From positions 157,094 to 221,093 of the forward strand of contig CASIAP010000005.1 in NCBI GenBank assembly GCA_949372645.1: a stretch of 64,000 bases of DNA, read 5' to 3'. Shown here one piece after another: positions 32,147-42,715 of the stretch. The notes under the pieces were generated by a model. That model was not told the origin of the DNA, did no database searches, and worked only from the letters and a program-made list of their open reading frames with translations. Origin of the DNA: Candidatus Poseidoniaceae archaeon (GTDB taxonomy: Archaea; Thermoplasmatota; Poseidoniia; Poseidoniales; Poseidoniaceae). Positions within the stretch are counted from its first letter, which is position 1; every line of letters begins with the position of its first letter. A program made the position numbers and the translations under genes.

Positions 32147-34309
32147 TCAAGCATTCGCCATTTCAGCAACCTCAGCTGCTGCCAAGTCGAGTTCTTCATC
32201 ATCCTTAAGCATCATTCGCAAACAGACAGCGAGGCCGCCCCAAACAAATGTCGCCGTGATTCCGAACATGACCAAGGACCCAAACACGCTACCGTAGGCT
32301 TTTCGATACGACAAATCAAGAGTGTAATAATCGCCATCTCCGGGGTATTGGAATTCTGAACTATCACGAGTCGTTACTGAAGCCTTGTAGTGCAACGTAC
32401 CGGTCGCAGTTTCAGAGATTGGAATCATTCCTCTCAATATTGTCCCATTTCCGTTGGCTATTGAACACGTGCCTTCAATCTCCATGACACCGACTGATTC
32501 CCATGCGGTAGTTGCCCATTCACGTGGACCATAATCGCTTTGCAAACGACTTGGTTTGACTGTACGCCATTGAATCTTTGAGTTGGGTGCACTGGCCTTC
32601 AATTCGGTTGGTACACAGAGGTCAATTGGAATATCTCCCTCTTCTGGTATGTCGACATCTTCGAGTTGTTGCAATATATTCTGTTGGGAGATGTTCGCGA
32701 TTCCCAAATTTGCTTGTTCTCGTGGGTTGTCAGCAATCTCTGTCATGTAGAAAGCAACACCGAGGTTACGTACAGCGATATGATCGATGTCGATTTCGTT
32801 TTGGTGGAACGCAGTGCCAATTTCCATTGTGTAGCAATACGAACCATGCACACCGTAATGCCAATCGCAGAAGTCACCCGTTGTTGGGTAAAGGTCACTC
32901 GATTGCATGTTGGTGTATTGAGTCATCTCTGCCATCTCATCACCGTGGTAAATGAGTTGTTCATGGTCGGTTGTTTGGCAATCTGCGCAGTGGCCCCATG
33001 GATAGAGAACAAGTTCTGAGTAGGAGTGATAGGTGAGTGTGGCTTTGTATTCAGATTCGCCATCACCGTTGTCGTCATTCATTTCGGTCATGTCTTGAAT
33101 AAAACGAGTTTCAGGTTCGGAGTTTCCACCTGCCCAATCTTCGTCTTTAACACCATCATTATCGTCATCTTCACCGTCAACATTGTCTTCATTGATCAGA
33201 CCGTCACCATCGTTATCCTTGGTATCAAACGGCCCGGTATAGACGTCGTTATTGGAAACACCAGCTTGTTCATCTTCCGAAGGAGTACATGTTCCTGGAA
33301 TAAGAGGGATTGTAGCGCCAAGTGGCCAGCCCCATTCAAATTGGTAATTTCGATTGAGGTCAACACCGTCGCAATCTTCGTCAACATTTTGAGTTAAATC
33401 AGGTCCAGGTTCAGGACCATTGTTTCTCAAATTCTTTCTCCATCCACCGGATGGACACGTCTCCCAAGCTGGAGCAGGGCAGAATACCTCTCGATCGTAG
33501 ATATTTCCATCAACGTTGAGCATTGGGATGAGATAGATTTCTCGGCTGTTGACCAAATCAGTAATCCATTGTTCACTGTAGTCTTCATCGACACCAAGGT
33601 CGCCTGCACCACATGGAGTTCCATCACCATTCGAATCTTGAAAAGAAGCATCCAAAGCAAGACAATCTCCATCATCATCAAGAATACCGTCGCCATTATC
33701 ATCGCCCCAGCCGTCTTCATCGACCCGGCCGTCACCGTCGTTGTCGTACCCAATGTTGTTGTAGGAAAATGCAATTACTTCCATGACCATGAGTGGTGTC
33801 TCGTACGACATCCATTCTCGTGCGTGATGGTTTCCAACAATCATGACGTCTGGTCGGTCTGCATAATTCCCAGAGTCGCCAACGAATTCATTGTAATCAC
33901 CATCATACACATCTCCTGTGATTTTGAGCCAAGGTGATGCATGGGCGTAAACCCAACCTTCGTATGTATCGCCGGTTGTGGTTTCGCCTCGAGCATTCAC
34001 GCCACCGTTCAATCCTTCAAGAAATTGGAAAATATCATCATTTTCGTCAGTAAGTTCCTGCATACGATCTTTCATGGTCTCGTATGAGTGGTATTCTTTG
34101 AACTGAAGTTTTGCTTCATTGGCGGGCGCCCATGGGAAAACCATGTTGATGTAATCATCAGACCAAACGTCTTCTGGGGTCGTGCCCATTGGCTCATCTT
34201 GCGCCACACTTGCGTTCGCAATTGGTGCAATAAGTGACAATAAAAGTGGGAGAACAATAAGAACTCCAAACGAAGGGCGAGTGCGGATGACTTTACCGTT
34301 CAATATCAT
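32147..34309 (-). CDS. Membrane-anchored M14 zinc carboxypeptidase
   Basis: HHAREW, NVDG, WRKN, GVDLNRNY, SEPET, TYHSYSE, YTMEI; signal peptide and C-terminal TM. Confidence 0.93.
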   Translation of the reverse strand: MILNGKVIRTRPSFGVLIVLPLLLSLIAPIANASVAQDEPMGTTPEDVWSDDYINMVFPWAPANEAKLQFKEYHSYETMKDRMQELTDENDDIFQFLEGLNGGVNARGETTTGDTYEGWVYAHASPWLKITGDVYDGDYNEFVGDSGNYADRPDVMIVGNHHAREWMSYETPLMVMEVIAFSYNNIGYDNDGDGRVDEDGWGDDNGDGILDDDGDCLALDASFQDSNGDGTPCGAGDLGVDEDYSEQWITDLVNSREIYLIPMLNVDGNIYDREVFCPAPAWETCPSGGWRKNLRNNGPEPGPDLTQNVDEDCDGVDLNRNYQFEWGWPLGATIPLIPGTCTPSEDEQAGVSNNDVYTGPFDTKDNDGDGLINEDNVDGEDDDNDGVKDEDWAGGNSEPETRFIQDMTEMNDDNGDGESEYKATLTYHSYSELVLYPWGHCADCQTTDHEQLIYHGDEMAEMTQYTNMQSSDLYPTTGDFCDWHYGVHGSYCYTMEIGTAFHQNEIDIDHIAVRNLGVAFYMTEIADNPREQANLGIANISQQNILQQLEDVDIPEEGDIPIDLCVPTELKASAPNSKIQWRTVKPSRLQSDYGPREWATTAWESVGVMEIEGTCSIANGNGTILRGMIPISETATGTLHYKASVTTRDSSEFQYPGDGDYYTLDLSYRKAYGSVFGSLVMFGITATFVWGGLAVCLRMMLKDDEELDLAAAEVAEMANA

Positions 34310-34422
34310 GGTATCACTTGACCCAAAACGCTCGACTTCTTGAAGCGTTCGCGGCCAAGGGTGTCCCCGTAGGGGACGGATTTAGGCGGAAGTGACCAAT
34401 ACAAGCACCTGTTGGGTCGTGT

Positions 34423-35532
34423 ATGGCCAACATTCTCCAACCCGAAGCAGACTCGTTTTGGTCCGAACAAATTTTCGGGCTCAATTACCTCACTGTGGCT
34501 CTGTTGACTGGCATTTTCATGCTGGCAATCATCGTCCGATTTATCACCATGTGGGTGGCTCCAAAACTCTTATCGAAAATAATTCGGTCGGACTCCATTC
34601 AATCAAAAGCGGTCAAAGATTCTGATAAGGCCCTTGGAAACGCTGCAGGTGCTGGAGTTGCAATGTTTGTCCTGAATGCACTCATCAAACTTCATGAAGA
34701 AGGGGAGAACGATTTCGCTCTGCCTGGAATGATTGAAGAATTGTTACCAAATTTGCTTCAATTCATCTTGGCTCTCTCGTTGGTTTTGTGGGCCTTTCGG
34801 TTGGTCTCCATTGTCAAAGATGTCGTCCAGATCTTCGACAAAGATGGAGAACTTGATGGTTCAGAACTCACACTGATTTCAGCGGTCGAAAGTTTACTTC
34901 GCTTCCTCATCATCGCCATCGGTTCAGTGTTTATTGCCGATGCATTAGGCTTCAATTTGACTTCCCTCATCGCTGGATTAGGAATTTCAGGTTTGGCGTT
35001 GGCCTTAGCAGCCAAGGATACTATTTCCAATCTCTTTGGAGCAACAACGGTCTTGCTTGACCGGCCATTCAAGGTCGGCGATTGGATCATCATTGATTCG
35101 GTCGAAGGAGAAGTCATGGAAATCAGCCTACGTACAACTCATATTCGAACCGCTATGGATACCGTAGTGACCGTTCCAAATGCCAACTTGGTCAACACGC
35201 CAATTGAGAACTTTGGAAAGCGACGGTGGCGACGTTGGCAATCTTTGCTCCACCTTGACCTCAATTCAAACCCAGAAGATGTTGCCACCTTCTGCGATGG
35301 TGTCATTGAACACATCAAGGCTTCTCCAATCACTTTGAAGCATGAGAGTTCATGGTGCCAAGTCAGTGCTCTTTCTGCTCAATCTCTTGACATCTCTCTC
35401 AATTTGTATTGGGACGTTGCTGGCGGTTCAACAGAGCGAGAAGAGAAAGAAAAGTTCTTGCTCGGCGTTATGCAACTCGCTAAAGAAAAGAAGTTGAAGT
35501 TCTTCGATGCTCGAATGATGCAAAATTCCTGA
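34423..35532 (+). CDS. MscS family mechanosensitive channel
   Basis: GLGISGLALALAAKDTISN...RPFKVGDWI...VPNA. Confidence 0.93.
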   Translation: MANILQPEADSFWSEQIFGLNYLTVALLTGIFMLAIIVRFITMWVAPKLLSKIIRSDSIQSKAVKDSDKALGNAAGAGVAMFVLNALIKLHEEGENDFALPGMIEELLPNLLQFILALSLVLWAFRLVSIVKDVVQIFDKDGELDGSELTLISAVESLLRFLIIAIGSVFIADALGFNLTSLIAGLGISGLALALAAKDTISNLFGATTVLLDRPFKVGDWIIIDSVEGEVMEISLRTTHIRTAMDTVVTVPNANLVNTPIENFGKRRWRRWQSLLHLDLNSNPEDVATFCDGVIEHIKASPITLKHESSWCQVSALSAQSLDISLNLYWDVAGGSTEREEKEKFLLGVMQLAKEKKLKFFDARMMQNS

Positions 35533-36711
35533 TTAATACGGCTTAGGGTCTTTGACTCGATAGATGAAATTGGTAGCCAAACCGAGGCCAAAACTTAGCA
35601 AGGCCACGATGAGACTTTGATTGGGCGTGAGCGTCTCAAGTTTCCATGCAAAGAAGGAAACGATGAGCCCAGTTATTCCAACCCATTGTCCTGACTTCCA
35701 CATCCGAAGAGTCCCCAAATACGCCTGAAGACGGGAGACTTCCCTCAACCATTGTTCACAGGCTTTGACGGTCGTTTCATCTGCGAAAGCTTTGGCTTGG
35801 GCAAGTTCGAGAATCGTTGCATGATAGCGCCATACCCACGCCCCACCGCGTACGGTCGAAAGAGCGCTACGACTGGCCCAGGACGATGGAACTGAACGGC
35901 TCCAAGTCTCAAGCATGCTCTGACGTTGCTGTTCACTCAGGCTGTCTTTCCGAGCCCATTGATGTTCCAACACCATCAGTGAAGCAAGTGAAGGAAGACG
36001 GTCACTTTCACACAAGAGATGTTCACTCAAGGAACGGCAAAGCGGTAAGAACATCTGCTCCCCATCAACTTCAACTATCGAATCGAAGGAAAGGTGAATC
36101 CGAGGCAATCCAAGCGTCGAGGAAGCATGAGGTGCTCGCCACATCGTATTGGTTTTCAGTTGATCTTCGACCGCTTTCAAACGGTCGTTCCAACGACGTT
36201 CAGTGTTTGGAGTGGTGAATGGCTCAAGTGCAGTATGGAGTTGGCCAAGATGTTCAACCTGCTTTATGACCGTTGAATCCTTACCATCAAATGAAAGATG
36301 AGTATGCACTGGATAAAGCAGGATTCGGTCATTTCCATCTACTGCCCAACCTCCTATCGGGAGCAAAATCTTGTGTTCTTTCAACGCTTCTTGCCAAGGG
36401 TGGTAACGCGCCAAACGAGAAACATCATCACCGATATGAGCCGGTTGGATGGTTGCAATCATCTCCTGATTCAACAGTAAAACGAGACCTCGAGAATTGG
36501 TCGAAAGAAGTTCGGTCGTTTCAATATCGAGATCCCAATCACCCCACACAGTTCCTTCACCAGGAGCTGTATTCCAGCCTTCAGGGGTGAGAAAAGGTTC
36601 AAAATCCCACAGTGCGGTTCGACCGTATGAAGTACGAAGAAGGCCATCTTTTTGTGCAACTTCTATGGATGAAAGTGCGATGCCTTTTGGCCACCACGCA
36701 GGTTCGTCCAT
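35533..36711 (-). CDS. Hypothetical protein with two C-terminal TM helices (possibly degenerate APH/kinase-like fold)
   Basis: 392-aa ORF filling the gap; LGQLHTAL motif only weakly suggestive. Confidence 0.65.
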   Translation of the reverse strand: MDEPAWWPKGIALSSIEVAQKDGLLRTSYGRTALWDFEPFLTPEGWNTAPGEGTVWGDWDLDIETTELLSTNSRGLVLLLNQEMIATIQPAHIGDDVSRLARYHPWQEALKEHKILLPIGGWAVDGNDRILLYPVHTHLSFDGKDSTVIKQVEHLGQLHTALEPFTTPNTERRWNDRLKAVEDQLKTNTMWRAPHASSTLGLPRIHLSFDSIVEVDGEQMFLPLCRSLSEHLLCESDRLPSLASLMVLEHQWARKDSLSEQQRQSMLETWSRSVPSSWASRSALSTVRGGAWVWRYHATILELAQAKAFADETTVKACEQWLREVSRLQAYLGTLRMWKSGQWVGITGLIVSFFAWKLETLTPNQSLIVALLSFGLGLATNFIYRVKDPKPY

Positions 36712-36758
36712 GTTTATGCGAGGGAGCCGAGGTTCTCAAGTCTCGCCCCAAATGAGGA

Positions 36759-37598
36759 GTGGATTTGAGGGATGACATCATACCTCATGGATGCCACGCC
36801 AACACAGAGGCGGAATTGATGGGTATCTCGGAACGGATGGGGGATGTACTTGGTCAAGTCGTCGAATCCAAACTCCTTCGAGAAGTCAAAGAACACGCTA
36901 TCAAAGTCAAACATCTTGCTATTATCATGGATGGAAATCGTCGGTTTGCATGGAAGAGTAACATCGCAACCGGAATCGGCCACCGAATTGGTAAAGAAAA
37001 ACTCGAAAAGGTGCTGGATTGGACTCTTGAAATTGGCATCCCATGGTTGACGGTATATGCACTGTCTACCGAGAACCTCAATCGTCCGAAGAAAGAACTT
37101 GAAACATTGTTCAAGTTGTATGATGAAGGTTTGCGGGACATCGCTGAAGATAAACGAATCCATGAAAATGAAGTCAAAGTACAAATTATTGGACGTCGGG
37201 AATTACTTCCAAAGCACGTCAATGATGCTATTGATTATGCTGAACAACAAACTGCTAATTACGACAAATTCGTCTTTACCGTATGTCTTGCCTACGGGAG
37301 TCGTGAAGAGATGGTCGATGCCATTCGCTCAATTGCAGAAGAGCATGCTGCGGGTGATTTAAAACTTGAAAACATTGATGAAAAAGCAGTCTCCAAGCGC
37401 TTGTATACAGGAGATATGCCTGACCCTGATTTGGTGATTCGTACCAGTGGAGAAGAACGAATTTCAAACTTTTTATTATGGCAAATGGCTTATTCAGAAC
37501 TCTATTTTTCTGATGTGTTCTGGCCTTCGTTCCAAAAGAAGGATTTACTCAAAGCAATTCGAACATTCCAAAACCGTCGTCGACGTTTCGGAGAGTGA
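36759..37598 (+). CDS. uppS: Polyprenyl diphosphate synthase (cis-prenyltransferase); start may be downstream
   Basis: HLAIIMDGNRR, YALSTEN, PDPDLVIRTSGEERISNFLLWQ. Confidence 0.96.
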   Translation: MDLRDDIIPHGCHANTEAELMGISERMGDVLGQVVESKLLREVKEHAIKVKHLAIIMDGNRRFAWKSNIATGIGHRIGKEKLEKVLDWTLEIGIPWLTVYALSTENLNRPKKELETLFKLYDEGLRDIAEDKRIHENEVKVQIIGRRELLPKHVNDAIDYAEQQTANYDKFVFTVCLAYGSREEMVDAIRSIAEEHAAGDLKLENIDEKAVSKRLYTGDMPDPDLVIRTSGEERISNFLLWQMAYSELYFSDVFWPSFQKKDLLKAIRTFQNRRRRFGE

Positions 37599-37602
37599 AC
37601 CT

Positions 37603-38034
37603 ATGGCGGTTTGTGATGAGTGCAACGGTTGGCTCAACCCTGCATTAGCTGCAGACTCTCTTGTTCGTCGCGGGGATGACGTTCTGTTAATTCAGCGTAA
37701 GTTCCCCCCAATGGCTGGCTCATGGGCGTTCCCTGGCGGCTTTGTAGAACAAGGTGAAGATCCAATGCACGCTGCTGTTCGTGAATTGAAAGAGGAAACA
37801 GGATTAGATGGTGAAGCTCCAAAACTCGTGATGGTCATGGGTGACCCGCAACGAGACCCTCGCAAACACATTGTCAGTATTGTCTACGAAGTCGAAGTCA
37901 GTGAAGAACAACAACCTGTTGCTGGCGACGATGCTGCTGATGCCCGTTTCTGGCCAATTACTACGCTGCTTTCTGGTGATGTTGAATTCGCTGGAGACCA
38001 CTTCACAATTTTGCAACGATGGCTCAATCAATGA
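37603..38034 (+). CDS. NUDIX hydrolase (ADP-ribose pyrophosphatase-like)
   Basis: GGFVEQGEDPMHAAVRELKEETGL Nudix box; RDPR; GDDAADA. Confidence 0.92.
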   Translation: MAVCDECNGWLNPALAADSLVRRGDDVLLIQRKFPPMAGSWAFPGGFVEQGEDPMHAAVRELKEETGLDGEAPKLVMVMGDPQRDPRKHIVSIVYEVEVSEEQQPVAGDDAADARFWPITTLLSGDVEFAGDHFTILQRWLNQ

Positions 38035-39052
38035 GTTTCATGCCCAAAAGGTCTGCTAATTCTTTCCGGGTGTTTGGCCAAGGTTCAGGTTCAAGCAACT
38101 CAGTCAAATGTATACCTGTTAGGAATTGGGCTTGCAAGTCTTTCCATTCATCACCTTCACACGTCGATTTCCATCGAAACAATGGATAGCCTGCAGATTC
38201 TAAACGGTCAAGGAAACCTCGTTCAGCCTTACTGATGAGAAGGGTTGGCGTTCCAAGTAAAGCCGCTTCACTGGCGAGTGTTACTGATTGGGTGATGACG
38301 CAGTCATGGGCTGCAAGTTCTCTGTCGAGCGACCATGCATCACCGGTGTATGCATCTTCATCAGCCAGAGTCGTCGATAAGCCATCAAAGACTTCATCTG
38401 GAATTTCAATCAATTCGTCATCGTCATGTATTCCACCGCCCACCAAGCGACGAACAAGAACACGGGGTGGGTCGCTCACCGCTGTTGGTCGAAGGCTCGG
38501 CCGTAAATGCACGTGGCCATGTAAGCCATCCAAACGGTGAACTCGAGTGCCATTAAGTTGTTCTAAGAATCCACCATCAAGGTCACTGCACCAATGCGAT
38601 GGCAGCACCACATCGGTGGCTGCTTTTCGAGCAAGTCCATGCGCAAGGTGATTGACTTCGGTATCAGAGATGTACCAGCGTTCAACAACAGATGAAAGGC
38701 GACGGTGAAGGAAAGGAGAGCGCCAAGCCATCAGTTCCAAAGGAGCGCCGATAGAAACAATACGTTCGATTGGGTCTCCTTGTCGGCTACATTGACGCAA
38801 GAACCGGTGGCTTGAACGCCATCGGCCCAGTGCTTTTTTCCTCCGATTGTCACCGACTGGCCGTTCAACCCAATGCGTTTGACGGCGTGGGAGGTGTCCG
38901 TCACCATCTTTGAGAAGATGCTCAACTTCCTTTCGTTGAGTGGCAATGATCACATCGTCACTTTGACCAGCTCGCAAAAATGGCGCAAGTAAGCGAACAT
39001 GCGCGGGATGGTCAAAAACCCAACAGGTGCGCATGGCCTTGCCTGTCATCAA
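38024..39052 (-). CDS. DUF354-like / GT-B glycosyltransferase-like protein
   Basis: DHPAHV N-terminal motif and TLASEAALLGTP. Confidence 0.65.
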   Translation of the reverse strand: MMTGKAMRTCWVFDHPAHVRLLAPFLRAGQSDDVIIATQRKEVEHLLKDGDGHLPRRQTHWVERPVGDNRRKKALGRWRSSHRFLRQCSRQGDPIERIVSIGAPLELMAWRSPFLHRRLSSVVERWYISDTEVNHLAHGLARKAATDVVLPSHWCSDLDGGFLEQLNGTRVHRLDGLHGHVHLRPSLRPTAVSDPPRVLVRRLVGGGIHDDDELIEIPDEVFDGLSTTLADEDAYTGDAWSLDRELAAHDCVITQSVTLASEAALLGTPTLLISKAERGFLDRLESAGYPLFRWKSTCEGDEWKDLQAQFLTGIHLTELLEPEPWPNTRKELADLLGMKLID

Positions 39053-39113
39053 CTCATCCTCAATGCATCGCTTTGTTGCGAGAAGTTAAGATAGCGAACC
39101 TCAAGGCATCATC

Positions 39114-39491
39114 ATGGAGAAAGAAAGCATCGAATTGCCAGGCGCCAGCAAGTATGGGCCGTATTCAGCAGGTGTCAAAGCCAATGGAATGATCTGGTTG
39201 TCCGGTCAAATCGCTGTTGAAGCAGGCGACGATGTGCAAGCACAAACGCAAGGTGCCTTGGATAAAATCGATGCACTCTTGGCAACATCTCAATTATCGA
39301 AACACAATTTATGCTTCGCACAAGTCTTGTTAGCAGACATCAATGATTTCGCTGCCATGAACGAGATTTACGGCGCTTGGGTTGAAGATATCGAAATACG
39401 ACCTGCACGTGCTGCTTTTGCTGCTGCGGCTTTACCTGCTGGAGCATTGGTTGAAATTGTTGTTCAAGGCGCTTGCCGAACTTCATTCTGA
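39114..39491 (+). CDS. RidA/YjgF family protein
   Basis: GPYS, LSGQI, DFAAMNEIY, PARA, LPAGALVEI. Confidence 0.92.
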   Translation: MEKESIELPGASKYGPYSAGVKANGMIWLSGQIAVEAGDDVQAQTQGALDKIDALLATSQLSKHNLCFAQVLLADINDFAAMNEIYGAWVEDIEIRPARAAFAAAALPAGALVEIVVQGACRTSF

Positions 39492-39500
39492 GGCGGTTTT

Positions 39501-39683
39501 ATGCCTGGGTCTCCGTATTTGACTGACCCACCAAAGAAATTGACGACGTGGAGAAGAGTGTTGATGTTCACAATTCCAACCGTTTTGGCCACCATCGGCT
39601 TAGCGGTTATGTTGGATGTTGTGTTGGAGATGATGCTTGTCTTCACGGCCTTCTTTACGCTCAGTGCAATCATGAGAAAATAA
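39501..39683 (+). CDS. Small two-TM hypothetical protein
   Basis: GAGG RBS, ATG 9 nt after the RidA stop, two hydrophobic segments. Confidence 0.65.
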   Translation: MPGSPYLTDPPKKLTTWRRVLMFTIPTVLATIGLAVMLDVVLEMMLVFTAFFTLSAIMRK

Positions 39684-39756
39684 AGACTCGAGTGGGATGA
39701 ATATTTCCTCTCAAAAGAAAGGGCATCCTTGAAAGGGATGACCCAATGGCATTTAC

Positions 39757-41193
39757 ATGGACGAATGGCCAGTTCAATGTTTCAAAGCCTACGATATCCG
39801 AGGACTTGCCAACGGTGATGGAACCGGTGAATTAACACCGGATTTTGCTTATCGGCTCGGTCGCGCAATGGCGACTTACCTCGATTGCAGCACCTTTGCT
39901 GTCGGACGGGACATTCGACATTCATCTCCCGCACTGGCCAATGAACTGATGCGTGGTTTGGTTGACGGTGGTGTCATCGTATCTGATTTGGGTATCGTTT
40001 CAACCGGTTGTGTCTATCACGCTTGTTGGACTCTTCCTGTTGACGGTGGTGTTATGGTGACTGCAAGTCACCTCGCTATGCCAACCCACAATGGATTCAA
40101 AATGTGCAGAGGGACTTTGCCACTTGCTGGAGAAGAAATTCAAGAATTGAAAGATGTCTTTCTCGAAGGTGCATTCAAAGAAGGTACAGGCCAAATCATT
40201 GACACGCCTCACTTGGAAACATATCTTGACGCCATCATCGAATCAACAGGCCCACTTGCTCGGCCAGTCAAGGTAGCAGTGGATTGTGGAAACGCAGTTC
40301 CTGGCCCTGCTCTGACTGCTTTACTCGACCGTATGGGCTGCGAACACATTGACCTGTACTGCGATTGGGATGCGAATGAACCGAACCACGGAGCTGACCC
40401 AACCCGTCCAAAGAACATGGTTGATTTGGGTGCTGCTGTGGTTGAACACGGCTGTGAATTTGGCCTTGGTGCTGATGGTGACGGAGACCGAATTGGTGCA
40501 GTTGATGAGGCTGGCCGATTCATCTATCCTGACCGATTGATCGCTTTGATGGGCGAAGATATTCTGGCCAACGTCGATGCTTCGGCAAGTGATGAAGCAA
40601 AGACCATCATTTATGATGTCAAATGTTCAATGAACGTTGAAACTGCTATTCTCAATGCTGGTGGAGTTCCACACATGGCTCGTACCGGTCATTCGTTCAT
40701 GAAGCGCGTATTAGCCGATATGCCCGAATGTCAAATGGCTGCAGAAATGAGCGGTCACATCTTCTTGGCCGACCGTGGCTGGTATGGTTTCGATTGTTCT
40801 CTGTACAATGCTGCTCGCTTGATTGAAGTCTGGAGTCGCAAAGCAAGTCCGAGTGAAGGAGGGCCTTCGTTCTCAAGCGAACTGGACCGGTTAGCACCGA
40901 GCCTGCCAACCACGGGTGAGGTCAAAGTTCCATGTTCGGAAGCAGACAAACTTCCAGTTGTTGCTGCCATTACTGAAGCGTTTAATGACCGAGAATCTTC
41001 TACTGTTGATGGTGTCCGAGTTCGATTCAACTTCGATGGAGAATATGCGGGATGGTATTTAGCACGAAAGTCAAACACTGAGGCTGTTCTTGTGATGCGA
41101 GTTGAAGCAAAAACTGAACAATTGTTTCAGAAAATGCTGGCTGAAATCAACACAAAAGTCTCGCCAATTATTGACATTGAAAAGTTGATGTGA
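39757..41193 (+). CDS. Phosphomannomutase/phosphoglucomutase
   Basis: FKAYDIRG, VTASH, DGDGDR, EMSGH, RKSNTE. Confidence 0.95.
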   Translation: MDEWPVQCFKAYDIRGLANGDGTGELTPDFAYRLGRAMATYLDCSTFAVGRDIRHSSPALANELMRGLVDGGVIVSDLGIVSTGCVYHACWTLPVDGGVMVTASHLAMPTHNGFKMCRGTLPLAGEEIQELKDVFLEGAFKEGTGQIIDTPHLETYLDAIIESTGPLARPVKVAVDCGNAVPGPALTALLDRMGCEHIDLYCDWDANEPNHGADPTRPKNMVDLGAAVVEHGCEFGLGADGDGDRIGAVDEAGRFIYPDRLIALMGEDILANVDASASDEAKTIIYDVKCSMNVETAILNAGGVPHMARTGHSFMKRVLADMPECQMAAEMSGHIFLADRGWYGFDCSLYNAARLIEVWSRKASPSEGGPSFSSELDRLAPSLPTTGEVKVPCSEADKLPVVAAITEAFNDRESSTVDGVRVRFNFDGEYAGWYLARKSNTEAVLVMRVEAKTEQLFQKMLAEINTKVSPIIDIEKLM

Positions 41194-41196
41194 AAG

Positions 41197-41850
41197 TCAA
41201 GTGACTGTATCCCAAATACTTTCATTTCCGGATGCAATCTCTGTACTCTCTTCTTCAGAAGGTTCTGATTTTATCACCTCAGTCTTCGAAGTTTCGGACT
41301 CATCTTTTTGTTCATCGCAGACATATCTCTGATTGAAAAGCAATGAAAAGAAACCACCGATGGTCAATAATGCAGGTATAAATCCAATCCAAATTAATCC
41401 AAAGGCATAGGGGAATATTTTCCACCAATTCGTACCCCATTCACCCCACGGTAATAATGCCCAAGTGTATGGTAGACAAACCAACCACAACAAGGCCCAA
41501 ATTATTGAAGGGTTAATAGAAAATAAGTTGCCCCATATTTCTTCTTTCCACTTCTGTGTTACATCTTTTGTCCGATAAGAGGTGAGCAAAGCAGCGAAAA
41601 CGAGAGGGCCTACAGCAATTCCTGTCAGTAAGCTACCAAGCAGTGACCACCATATTCCTCCAGAACTAACAGCGAGAGCAAGATAGAATTCTTCCCAGAA
41701 CCAAAGTATGTCAAAAACTTCAAGAAATAACCATAGCCAACCTAACCCAAAACAGAACCAGGAAATAATCTGCTTATTCCTTGAATTTAATTCTTCAAGA
41801 GAACAGTCATGTTGCCCATAATTAAACTCGTCATTAGGTTTTTGATTCAT
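41197..41850 (-). CDS. Hypothetical Trp-rich membrane protein
   Basis: 217 aa with about 4 TM segments. Confidence 0.7.
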   Translation of the reverse strand: MNQKPNDEFNYGQHDCSLEELNSRNKQIISWFCFGLGWLWLFLEVFDILWFWEEFYLALAVSSGGIWWSLLGSLLTGIAVGPLVFAALLTSYRTKDVTQKWKEEIWGNLFSINPSIIWALLWLVCLPYTWALLPWGEWGTNWWKIFPYAFGLIWIGFIPALLTIGGFFSLLFNQRYVCDEQKDESETSKTEVIKSEPSEEESTEIASGNESIWDTVT

Positions 41851-41895
41851 AGTGCATCATCAAAAGTGGCGTGTCAAGTCTCATCTTTTCAAGAA

Positions 41896-42630
41896 TCAAA
41901 GTTCTGCTTCATCGAAAGCAGGTGCGATGGTGTAGTCGAAGATAATGAGTTCAACTGAGTAAGTCACTTCTTCACCAGCATCACTTCGACTACAAGCTGG
42001 ACCAGGTGCATTTCCTGACTCTGCAACAACGCCAATCTCGATTGAATAAATACCTAATCCAGCACCCATTGAATCGATTTGATTCACAATTTCTGATTCT
42101 GTAAGTTCGGAAACAGTAGCACCAACCATTGAGGAATTAAACCATTCAACGGCAACTTCGTGACCGCTGTTTTGACCACCGTTTTGACCGTCATTACTTT
42201 CCGTGAAATTAAGGTGTGTGGCAGAACCTGTTATGGTATCGTCAGCATTTTGACCACCTGCTGGTCCAACACACCCACCAAGCAATGATGGATCAGTAGT
42301 TTCGTCTTCACCATAGGACATAGTGACTCGAACACCAACGATGTTCATGTCTTCTGCACCGTCAACTGAATCGGTATGAAGGTCGTCAATCATCAATGTG
42401 TCACCATCTGCGATGTATTCAATTCCATCTGCGATTTGAACATAGGTGAGTTCTCCATTGACATTGTAATCGGCAACACCACCCATTGCACCGCTTCCAC
42501 TTGCATTGCCTCCTTGCATGCTAAAGTAAAGGGGAAAAGCCACAAGGAAAAAAGCGATACAAGCCACAGTGATTTGTGTATCACGGTTGGTTTTCAAATC
42601 GTCCAAGGTAATCATTTGTGTCGCCCTCAC
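41896..42630 (-). CDS. Hypothetical membrane-anchored exported protein
   Basis: N-terminal TM and acidic extracellular domain. Confidence 0.75.
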   Translation of the reverse strand: MRATQMITLDDLKTNRDTQITVACIAFFLVAFPLYFSMQGGNASGSGAMGGVADYNVNGELTYVQIADGIEYIADGDTLMIDDLHTDSVDGAEDMNIVGVRVTMSYGEDETTDPSLLGGCVGPAGGQNADDTITGSATHLNFTESNDGQNGGQNSGHEVAVEWFNSSMVGATVSELTESEIVNQIDSMGAGLGIYSIEIGVVAESGNAPGPACSRSDAGEEVTYSVELIIFDYTIAPAFDEAEL

Positions 42631-42715
42631 CCCAACCGATGATGGGTCAACCTCTATGACTTTCGGTCAAAAGTAAATGATCAGTGAAAGAGAATTCCAA
42701 TTCAGTTGCCGTTAC

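Noticed and set aside
34363-34377. Palindrome gtcccc-gta-ggggac as a further tRNA att copy
   Set aside because: The match to the tRNA end is only 7 bp; it is a short isolated palindrome
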